From NCBI GenBank assembly GCA_977030845.1, contig OZ365113.1, positions 31,186,001 to 31,250,000 of the forward strand: DNA of 64,000 nucleotides. Direction: 5' to 3'. The translations under genes were made by a program, and so were the position numbers. Below, piece by piece: positions 14,301 through 25,364 of this stretch. A model generated the notes under the pieces. That model was not told the DNA's origin and did not search any database. It saw only the letters and a program-made list of their open reading frames with translations. This DNA comes from Fimbriosthenelais zetlandica. Taxonomy: Eukaryota. Position 1 is the stretch's first letter. Each line of letters begins with the position of its first letter.

Positions 14301-16788
14301 TTGTGGGTGGATTAATAACCACTAAAAACCACTGATCACTTTTATTTCAACCTTAATTAAAGGAGAATGATACGCTGAGATCACCTGAACATAATGCCCA
14401 TCAACTTAGACAATGACCTCTCAAAAAACCGTATAACATTGGGAGATATTATGTTTCAGATTAACAATGGTATGGACCATTATTTTAGAAATATCTCAGC
14501 AAGACCCAGACAACAATTCCAACTTAAAAACAAGTGCAACGCAGAAGGAAGAATACGGTGGGAAATAGTGCATCATAAGATTGCAAATTGGGTATTTGTT
14601 AGGGGAAGTCCCTCCCCAATCAGCAGTACAATTGTTATATTCTGACAGGACACCCTGACCTTAATTACATGTCCTGGCCGCATCCATTTTAACATAGGGA
14701 GCACTTTATTGAATATTTAACAAATGCATTTTCGAATCCAAATGAAATATGGATAATTAACATTGGAGAAAAAATGGAAGAGATACTGTCGGGAGGACAT
14801 AGGCCTACTTTTCAATTAAGGTGTTGAAACTGCAGATGAAATCATTCAGGAATCATTCATGCTTCGTCATTGCTCGACAAATGATGTGTAAAGCTTGACT
14901 CCCCATTTTACTAAACATACTTCAAATATTGATTAATTTTGGCCATGTATATGAACAGACCCCATTGATTTTCCTTCTATTGATTCGTCTTTTATCCTTA
15001 GAAGCATGGCATAATGCAAGAACTTCATATTCATGATAGTCGAAAGAGAGGCTCCGACACAAATAAATTCAATTTCAAACGTTTTAGGGAAATTGCCATT
15101 TCCATTTACTTGTCACCATAACTTCAATTTACTCACAAATTAATTAAAATTCCAGGTTAATACGTTTCTTTGGGCTCACAGGGGAGAGGAGGAAAAAATG
15201 TCCACCCCGCAAATTCTATTCCTTCCTGACAAAAGGAGAAGCTAAATAAATTAATTGACCGATATTAAGCACTATCAGTCAGGCGAAGTCAACTTTATGA
15301 AACGCATGGCAAATGATCTTTCAAATACAAGTTTTAGAATCGGAAAATAATTCTTATTGCTGCATGAAGTGAGATTAATTTAATTATCCGAGAGGAAGTA
15401 GTGTTATTATAGTTGAACAAGGGCTCAACGGGAGGTTTTTTAAAAAGATCTCATTTCCATTTCCGAGGGCAGCCCGCGCACAATTACATCAATATTTTCC
15501 CGCCCCAAGTCAAAATTTGAAAAATCTAGAAACATTTTGTTTGCTTGCGCTCGCTTGCTTTCTGAGCGACTTAAAACACAATGCGATAATTTGAGCACAA
15601 ATAAAATATCTATTATGTTTATATCAAGTGAGCTTCAGCGGGCGATTGGACTCAAATTCACGAGCACATTAAGGGAGCAGCTCATCAAGTGTCCTGATTG
15701 TGAGTTTTGGGAAAAATACACTTTTCTGCAGGGAGGTGGGGCTAAAAACGAGGGCCTTTCATTTGTGAGAAAGAGAGAACAAAAGCTATTATTGGCCATT
15801 GTTGATGAACGGAAGGATCGCATTGATAATAACGGGCGTTGAAATTAACCTGACGCCAATTACCATAAGAGCTTTTGCATTAGGCTTGAAAAACATACAG
15901 TTTGAAAGTTAAAATGAAATCCAATACGACATGGATTGTCATCGGAATAATTAGCCGAGGCCCTATTGAAATTGGCAAGTGTGGCTTGAAGGCGAGGCCA
16001 TGATACCATCCACAAATACATTAATGGTTGGGATATTATTATTTCCTTTTGAACTGTTGAAACCCGGCAATTTATGTAACTTCCTTGAATGAAAAGCAAC
16101 TGCCCTTTGAATTGTGCGTCAAACATTCAATAAATAAGAGTTTCGCAGTTTCGTTTCAATCCTGAAAATGAATCAAATGTCCGGCAATGCAATGGCTTCT
16201 TTCATATGTTTTCGTCAGATCTTTCACCAAACTTTAATTAGTTTTCAATAAAAGAAGAGCATTAAAGCTTTGAAAGGTAATATGGAAATCGTGATCTCAC
16301 CTGACAGGTATAAATGAGAGGCAGGCACGTTTGATCCTTTGCCATTAGTAATTGTAGACAAAGGATGGATATAACAGTCTTTGCATCCTCATGGCCTCTT
16401 AAGTGATGGTACAGGCCATTCAATTTTAAAAAGTGGGGATGCAGCTTAAGGGGGGACAGACGAACAATGGACTTCCCTCCATGAAAACATGGGATTCCAA
16501 TATAATATAGATCTTAATATTTCTTCATTAACAAAATAAAACAAGCAGACTTCAAAGCAAAATGTGTTACTCTGAAATCTCCGATATCTTTGTGTGTCTC
16601 CAGCTGAAATTGCTTAAGTAAAACAGAAGAGTATGTAACTAAAGGCACTTACATTGCAGGGTCCAACACCAGCTCTTAAGTAATAATTTCTTAAGTAATA
16701 ACTTAACCCTAACGATTCTTATGCTAAGCTTACTTGGATCATTTCTGGTCACAACCGCGAGAGCTTACCTATAGGATCTCACACATAC

Positions 16789-17356
16789 CTAATTTAATAG
16801 AAAGAGCATCTATTTCTTCTAATGACTTGGTCACCTCCTCTTCGCTAGTGACCACTTTCTCAATTTCGCCGATTTTGAAGCCGAAATCTGCCTCGTCCAG
16901 GTCGATCGTCAGCTGCTCCAGTTTGTAGCTGGCTCTCTTTGTGGCAAACCGTGCAAACTCTTTGATTTCAAACTGAGCCAGTACTTCACTCATTGTGTGT
17001 TGCTTCTCTTTGGCATTGTCAGGCAAGAAGAAATGGTGGAGCATTGCTATGATGTCACTCTCTTTTTCTGTCTCAATATACTGGCCCGCAGTGAGGCTGT
17101 CAAACTTGTTGGCTGGTGGGCTTTTCAACTGCCAGCAGCCATCTCTTTGGCGTAGCCAATGATCGGCTAAGGTCAGCGTATGAGATGCTACGTCATAGTA
17201 AGCATCAGTGAAGGTCTTTGTCTGTAAATGTGTAGCTCCCAGCTTCCCAAGTTTCTCTGTAATGTCATCCGGATAAAGAAACTTCCTCTCTACTTCGATG
17301 ACCCTGGGTTTTTTCACTTCCTGTGCTGCCATGCTCAATATGATTCTTCTCCACAT
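16789..17356 (-). CDS. THTPA: Thiamine-triphosphatase (CYTH-domain), first coding exon; CDS incomplete at the 3' end
   Basis: Translation has the CYTH ExExK motif (IEVERKF), then FTDAYYD, LADHWLRQR, WQLK, FATKRASYKL, IDLDEADFGFKIGEIE and ends ..SIKLG, collinear with vertebrate THTPA as recalled (IEVERKF, ADHWLR, VDLDTADFG, ..SMLG). Phase-1 donor TTAG|GTATGT at 16789/16788 falls where the vertebrate coding intron is recalled to be. An in-frame TGA at 17425-17423 limits the start to ATG 17356 or ATG 17332. Confidence 0.95.
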
Positions 17357-17429
17357 CAAGAGGTTAAATTCTGACCCCGGCCTTGCAACGTGGGTGTCCG
17401 GGGTTAGAATGGGTCCAACGGGTCAGGCT
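17357..17429 (-). other. 5'-UTR part of the thtpa exon with upstream splice acceptor
   Basis: Minus strand TTTTCTCATATTATTTTCAG|AGCCTGA: polypyrimidine tract and CAG ending at 17430. Implies at least one upstream non-coding exon. Confidence 0.75.
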
Positions 17430-18004
17430 CTGAAAATAATATGAGAAAAGTCAAATTGGTGGACAGAAATATCAGTGGCTAAATCAGGAAGGAAAACCAT
17501 TCTTGAGAACGATGCATGCATGATTGGGCCTCATTACTGGATGCATAAGAATGCAAGAAGTATTGAATCGAGAACTGCACTACAATGTCCTATATATTTT
17601 CATATTCAAGTACGCTGCAACCATAAGGAAAAATAAAACACTTCACCACAGGAAATGGAGTCTTTGTCTTGCTGATTGCCAAGAAATTTCCACTTTCTTG
17701 TCTGATACCAATGGTAGATGAATTCATGAATATCATATTGGTGATATCTATTTAGAAAGACATGTACCATGTGTAAATAGTAGAGAAAATGACATACCAC
17801 CGAGTATCCATCAGCCATTGTCTCCCAAAAATAGATCCACATTTTGTTGCCAATATGAGCAAAAGTAGGCGAATAACATGGATAGTGTTTACTTTATGTT
17901 ATGCCTTACAAGAACCTATTGCCTGGTAAATACCGGTAAGGACTTCCAGAACGGCTCGGGGGCATGTATAGACAATGATAATATGTGAAGATGCCTCACA
18001 ATCA

Positions 18005-18018
18005 ATTACCATGGCAAC
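18005..18018 (-). promoter_or_regulatory. RFX X-box-like site
   Basis: Minus strand GTTGCCATGGTAAT versus consensus GTTNCCATGGNAAC (one mismatch). Confidence 0.4.
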
Positions 18019-21000
18019 AATTGAAGTGATGACACAATGATATTTTGGAGGCACCACCTGCCAGAGGTGCAAGAGATGGGGGCAGGGACCAGGTGGATTG
18101 GGGCAGGGTGGGGGTCAGTGGCGACAAACCTATGAGGAAATCTAGGTGTACTTGATATAAGGAAAACGTGCATGGAATTACGCTGTTACATTCATGTAGA
18201 TCACATTCATATGGGAACATTGTTCAGACCGATTCATTTCACCTTATGACATAGGTATGGTAATTTTCTACGCAGTTTCTCCCGGGGTACTGGTGCATCA
18301 AAGAGCTCAGAGTTATTTGGTCTGTGACTTTTTGGCTGCCCCCTATTCACCCTGAAAAACTCCCAACGCGAAATGAGAATGAAAAGATTTAGAGCAAATT
18401 AATATTTAATCTTTCTTATTTCTATGGCCGGATAGACAGGCCTCGAGAGATCAAAGGGTGTGTGTAAATTGCGAAACAAATTATTTATTTTAATATTGCA
18501 ACACTCTGCTTCTATTTATCCAATGTAATAGGTTGGTAATATAGAAGTTTGTGAGAGTAGCTGGCAATGAATAGGTGCTGGAACTGTGTAAATATGCCAT
18601 GTCAGCAACAAGGGGGAAATCTTGCTATTTTTTACCATCTGGTTCAACAAGCTCTCGGCCGAATAATTGCTAATGTATACAGATGTGATGCCAACAAAGT
18701 ACACATTTTCAAGCTTATCCATTGAAACGTCTGTAACAAACCTGACTGTAATAGAGGCCTATGTACACTAAGCCTTGCAAATACTTGTTCAACAAAGCTC
18801 AACATTGACTACACCTCACAAGAAAAAAAAAGCACAATGCAAGACACAAGTGCTTTGCCCACTCTACATTGGTTTTGTGAGAGTGTAGACTCCATATATG
18901 AACATAAAGACTTGCTTGATTTGAGAACGCTTCACTCTCAGTTGTCCCATACATACATTCCAAAGGCTACACCTTGAGCCCACAGAAAAGTCTAATTGCC
19001 CTTTTTGATAGAGCCACATTCTGAGCAATGTTTGCATGAGCTTGAGAGAAGGTCCACAAGAACTCGCAGCGCAAATTGTGGATTGTTCCTTATACAAACA
19101 GGCCTTGGTGATGGAGTAAAGGGTATGAGGAGAAATGCTAAACTGTTCTTGATAAACTTATTACACAAATCAGAGGGGAGGATGGGCGAGGGGGGATTGT
19201 TTGATGAGGGTCAGACTGAGAAGATCTATTGATGGGGGAGGGGGTGGGAGGGGGGGGGGGGGGGGGTCTTATGATCCTATGACACTGGTGGAGGCATTGA
19301 ACATAATGGCTGGATTGTGTAGAGCTTTATGTACCTCTACTTTCTTGACCTGTCCTTCACTTAATCTAGACTATAGACAAATCCACTGCATCCTCTTACC
19401 ACACCATGAGTCACCTACATTTAGATTTGCTGGCTTTAATCCTTTCTAAAAATACTGTGTCAATCATTCTGCAACTCTTTCTTACTTTAACTCAACTTAT
19501 TTAAACCATGTTTGTATATGTGTATAGACTATGGATACACATATTAGTCATTAGTACGGTGTACATGTATGACACTTGTTTCACTCGAAGATCTTAACTT
19601 TGTTCTAATATAGCGTTCGGACGAATCTCAAAGGATTCTTTGAGGGGATGTCTATTTGTATAACTTGCTTCTAATCATGCTGGGGAATACTCACTCGGGG
19701 ATATCCTGTCACTTAACTTTGCAAGGTGCATGTCCCAGGCTAAGTCAATAGATTGGTACATGTCAGTAATAATGGCTGTCCGGACGTCATCAAATACAGA
19801 CAGTGAAGAGCCTTATCTTCAGGCCCTGCGGCTAAATACACTGGTATGGGTCGGCCCAGTTCAAACCAACAAAATAATGAGTAACCAAATCTTTTTGCCG
19901 GGCACTCACAGATCTCTTCAACTTCTAATGTTTTTTTTTTGGTGGGAAATACTTGGAATCTATTCAGGATTAAAGGGATTATTTTTAATGCCTAACACAT
20001 GTGGTGGCGGTTATATATGTTTGTGTCCATGCCAAAGGTGCATGGACAGGACATTTCATAATGGGGACATGACATTTTGAGTAGAATGATTGAAATTCCC
20101 ATGCATAATGATGTAGGGTCAGAGACTTGATATCTTTGCCACAGAAATGTTCAGTATAAATTTCCTGGGTCAATAATTAACTGACATTCGATGCCATTCT
20201 GTTCATGAAAAGGTACATGTAACCAATCTGGGTAAAATCTTTAATCATTGAAATTCCGATGGAAAATACAGCACCAGACTCGATATCTTCACTGGAATAA
20301 ATTAACTTATATGGGACAAAAAACAATTGCTAAAATTTAATAGCAGTGCCACGGGAGGAATCAAACTAAGACAATGCTGGAGGGCATGTACATAACGTGG
20401 TCATGTCCCAGCCCGGATATTTTCAATGTAGCAAGTATTCCTGACCCCATTCCACCAGCTTTCCATCAAACAACAAGAAAGCTACCTTTGTGACAGCCCA
20501 ACTCATTTCCTTTCTTCAGAGGTTGTGTAGCTCGCTAGTTCGAGGCCCTCCTTGGGTCAACTTACAAAGGATGCAGCTCGCTGAGGGTAATTAAGCATTG
20601 TGACCTCATTGACCCTGCCAGTGGTAATGATGCTGAGAGTGTGGCTAGCATGGTGACCTGCTCTGAGAAAGGGTCAGTCCATTAGATGCTACCGTAACAC
20701 CGCCATAATGAATGAGGCCAGGACCTGGTGAAAGCAGGCCAATGTAGGCTGCAGCCAATACGCCAGCTTCATTAGCAGAAACAACAGTCACAATACTATA
20801 TGGAAGAGTAATGAGGCAGAAATCAGGCAGCTGCGCAATAGATTGTCATGACCTTAGCAAAGGTTTACCTGATTCTCAAACTAAGGGGTCAATGAGACGT
20901 CGGGGCTCTGGATCCAGCAAGACAAAGAAAACCGTTTAAGGTCAGCGGGGAAAAGTAAGGCATAATGAATGGGTGGAATACTTCTATCCGTCCACCAGAG

Positions 21001-22590
21001 CTGGCTGTGATTGAATGAGGCTGCTCAGTTTAATTAGTGGTGTAAACAAGGCCTCAAGTTCCTTTGATGGGAAATAATTGATTCTAGATTGAAAAGTGGA
21101 AGTGGCTGTTAGCAACGTAAAGTGTATGAGGTAGGGACCAAGTTTTTAAAGGTTGAACAATGCGTGACCATTAGGCCTACCAAATTCCTTTAATATAATA
21201 TAACGATGTATTTATTAGTCTATACACCAATGCAAGCATTAGGCCTATATTCTCTATGCCCTGTCATGAAGTCATGCAAGGCACTTTTTGGGATTGGGGC
21301 AGGCGAATTTACGTAATCTACTTCTGAGAGTAGATTCTAATGGATATTTCCTGGTCAAAATACTGGTGAAAAAGTGACATGCAGCTACAAGGGCGTAAAG
21401 GGCATCATACTAGGCCTATAGGTCATTATCTAGAGGCAAAGATAAGGGGTGTGGACACAGTTCAGCATGGTTCACGTCTGAGCCCCTCCCCTCTGGAATT
21501 GCTTATCAGTATATTATACTGATAACGATTTTAAACCACACTGATTTAAAATTAAATTAACTAAAAGATTAAAACAATTCATAGAAGAACTTAAGTCAGT
21601 CCTAAAAAAGAAATAGTTCTGATTGAATTTCGACTGACAACTGCTATAAATTAATGAGTTGAATGTAATACCTAATAGGAATATATATATGGTTGATGGG
21701 TCATATCATAAGTGAGAGCATTATTGTTAGGAATAAGTGGGTGTAAGGCAATTAGAGCAATTAAACGCATGATAGTTAATATAAGATAGCTCAATTATAA
21801 TTGATATAATTATACATTAAATGCTCAGTCGACATTACACATTTCACTTAAGAGCTTTCAGGAGCATCCGAGTCCATATCGATAATGATAATGACTTCCA
21901 TAACTAATGGGCAACAGAGAATCCTTTAAATGAAATATTAGAAGTAATACAATTAGCCTATCATTAAATTTGGAAACTGATGAATTTATTGCATTACTGA
22001 AAATTAATAATTGTATTATTAAGCAATATAAATGATTCCTGGTCTTAATTTTCAAGTACCGTTAATATTTATGAGACATTTGATATTATAAGATGTTTTG
22101 AATTGGATGAACCATTTCCATCCAGTAAGACCACCCATTCAATGATCCTGCACCTCTTTCATGCCCTTAACCCACCCCACCTCTCCCCTTCACCCCCTCA
22201 GGGCTTCCCCTTGTATGGAGGGACTGAGTGATGGTAGTGGTATAGAATGTGTTTTCCTGTTTTAACTCGGGTCTATATTTCCCCCTGGAGGTGGCGACAC
22301 CTCGACCATATGTGTTTTCCTTGTCTCCCCTCTGGCCCTTTCACCTGCTCCGGCTGCCGTGAGATGACCACGGCCAGAATTAATGCCCGCTATTCCGCTC
22401 ATTAATCATATCCCCGCAGTGGCCGCCTAATCAATTCTCTACACCACAGACCCCTTGGTCAGTCCCATCCATTACGGCCACACTGACCGCTTCTAATCAC
22501 CCCCCACCCTTGGCCAATATCATATTTGGGCCCTGGCTTCCTTCCCCGGCGCTGGTGCCTTGATTAGTACGGGCCTGACAATGTCAAATT

Positions 22591-22870
22591 GGGGAGGGCT
22601 GGGGTGGAGGAAGAGGTGGGGAAGAAAGGGGAGGAGAGGTGAAGGGGAGGAGGAGGAGAGGGGAGGGGGTAAGTAGGTTTTTTCTTGACAGGATAAAGGT
22701 GTGGGGGGGGGGTGAGAGAGGGGAAATGGGAGGGATGAGTGAGATGAGAATGAGAGAGTGGAAAGGAAAGAGGGGGAGAGGAAGAGACAGTAGGAGAGAG
22801 GGAGAGAAAGAGGGGGGAGAGAGGAAGGGAGGGAGATCAAGGTAATGAAGAGAAATAATGAAGGAAAGAA
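22591..22870 (+). repeat. purine-rich (GA) low-complexity tract
   Basis: About 280 bp that is overwhelmingly G/A on the plus strand. It generates spurious Pro/Ser/Leu and Gly/Arg/Glu ORFs. Confidence 0.9.
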
Positions 22871-23284
22871 AGATATTTATATATTGGGGAATGGAGATTA
22901 TGAGGTAGGAAGAGCTGCGGAATGAAGGAATGTTCGTAGAAGAGCTTCGCTTTCAAGAAGAAAGCATTAATTGCCAGCTCTGAATTACAATGAAGCCATA
23001 TAGCTATCATGTGTAGAGGATTAAGCGCATGAGGAGGGGGGGGGGGGGGGGGGTGTGGCTTCACTCTGTGTAGTGACATATCACTCATAACACACCCCAG
23101 ACAACACCCTCTCACCCCTACACCTCTACACCCACTGACACAAGTGTCACCCCCAGCTCCTTCTTCCCTCTCCCCACCAAGAAAACAAACGCAACCCTTA
23201 ACCTCCTTATCCCGGGGCAAATACATATACACATGTACACGGGTCCTGATTGGCATCCTCCTCTACCTGGCCAAGAACAATGGT

Positions 23285-23320
23285 CAAGCGCCCGGATTCG
23301 AACTCTGACCCCTCTGGGTC
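23285..23320 (-). mobile_element. possible tRNA-derived SINE fragment (B-box only)
   Basis: Minus strand CAGAGGGGTCAGAGTTCGAATCCGGG contains GTTCGAATC. No convincing A-box or cloverleaf. Confidence 0.25.
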
Positions 23321-25334
23321 ATTGCCCTAAGGAGGGTGGAAGGAGGAAGGGCTGGGAATCTTGCCCCTTAGGGCCTCCCATGTGAAGCTATGTATAGGAG
23401 GTCACTAAGACAGTCATGTATGGGAGAGGCAAGGAAGGACAATCGATCGCCATATAATACAGGCCCTATCTGTCATTCTGAATGAAATATAAAGCGTTAA
23501 AGCCTTCTAATAATTCATACTGACCTCTTTCAACCCAGCCTTAGAAAATTCATGAGGGAGGAGTGAGGGTGACTAAGGGAGTTAATTCAAGTAAGTGGCG
23601 CCATATTTCTGAGGGCTTTAGGAATAATATGTGTGCATAAATACCTTGGTCGAAATCTTTCAAAAACAATATTTATCTTTACTTCATGTGCTCAAATTTC
23701 AGAATGTAAACATTTTTTGCAAAGTAAATTCTAGGCTCTAATGGAAATAATACTGTAATTGATACTAGAGAAAGATGGTAAAGTCTGTGCAATACAAGAC
23801 TTGGCTAAGACTATGCAATCCTAATATACTTTACACAGGGAGGGTGTGGAGGCTGAGAGCGATATGGCATCAGTGACTTGAATGAAAAGAGAAAAGGATC
23901 CAATAATTGCAGCAATATACAAGAGAAGTCCATTCATAACACGCCAATTATTCGCCCATCCATCACTCACAAGGCAACTTCATTCTGACAATAGAATATT
24001 TGCGCTTCACGCGGCTATCATTTTCTCTTTGCTTCTTAATGAATTGTTCATGTTTATCCGCAGCCTGAGTGGGGGTGTTCACTAGAACAGAGTGGCAGCT
24101 CCTTGTAGTCAGTGAGTGCTTGCCTCAGATCTCATTTCTAATTGCCTTCAGAACTTCCGAAATTAACCTAAATTTTATATTTTTTCCACTACATAGATTG
24201 TATATAATGCACAGAGCTTAAGGTATCTATAATACATATTATTTTACTTTTACTTTACTGGGGCCCACTTACAGAACTTTATTTTCACCAGAGCTCCCTT
24301 TTTTAATTATAAAAATGAACCCCGATTAAAAATATTATAAAACTGGGCTAAACATGCCTGGAAACCCGGGAGGGTATTTTGTAGGAAAAACAACAGTCGT
24401 GGGACTACTGCATCCCATTTGATTAAAACATGTTCTCAGGTAGCTCATTGATTTGGGAAAATGACCGATAATTGTCATGAACTAATTATTGCGAATTTTT
24501 CCTCTGTCTTCCTGTCACTCAAACTGCCTGGGCCCACGTCCGTTTGGGGCATTAGTAGGGGCCTCCTAATCAGAGGGGATTACCAGAGCGCCGTATCCAA
24601 GGCAATGGAAATTAACAAGCTTATATAAGGCCGGGTCGCCAGATTCCCATCCATCCTAATTTCACATGCTACCTGCCCATTCATCATCGTCATAAAACGC
24701 GAGCCTGAGACAAGGAAACAGAGCAGGGCGAGAGAGAAAAAAGTGTGACGAACCCGAAACATGTCTGATGGGTGAAACGTATAGATTTCAATGATATAAA
24801 CGCTGCCAGGTTGATTATCACAGAACCCCGCTAATAAATGAGACGAATGATACACCTCATCTCATTATATGAGACGCATCTCTCAATCGCAACAAAATGC
24901 TGATTAAGATTTTTAAACATAAGGCGATGTCATCTTTAGTTTCTTCTTGCATGTTATGGATGGAGCGAGTGGGAAGGCGTGATACAATTACTACGTGTAA
25001 AATATTCCATTTTGTTGAATTCTACTCCAGAAATACAAGAGGGTTTCATTTTGTTATCAAATTATCTTTTGTTATCAAATTGTTCATCACCTACTAATGG
25101 TGATTACTTGGAAATCCTGGATGTAATCAGAATCCTGTACTCTGATCGACAACTTCAAGAATTATTTCTCATTGGCATTCAAGATAAAATTCTACTCTCG
25201 AATAAATTTTCCTACAGTCAAATTTTAATCGGAGGAATATTGAAATTAATTTAAAAGTTCAAAAATGTACCTATTAAGGATTAACAAGGGTGGAGACAGG
25301 CTGACTGATAATGATTTTTTCATTGCCTTTCAGG

Positions 25335-25364
25335 TCTCTCCTCCCAGGACTGGGATAAACCGCG
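25335..25364 (+). other. candidate 30-nt microexon of an unidentified plus-strand transcript
   Basis: CTGAC branch at 25301-25305, TTTTTTCATTGCCTTTTCAG acceptor ending 25334, donor CGC|GTGAGT at 25365. Length is a multiple of 3. Confidence 0.3.

Noticed and set aside
14394-14645. ORF with faint resemblance to a CR1/L2 LINE C-terminus (GDIMFQINNG..RPRQQFQLK..IANW)
   Set aside because: Similarity is impressionistic and short, with no adjacent RT motifs. It would need a significant HMMER/RepeatMasker hit.
15537-15842. KCPDCEF motif suggesting a C2H2 zinc finger (Zfhx-like)
   Set aside because: The two histidines are absent at the expected spacing, and the block looks non-coding.
22520-23256. 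Pro/Ser/Leu- and Gly/Arg/Glu-rich ORFs
   Set aside because: Artefacts of the polypurine tract and poly-G run.
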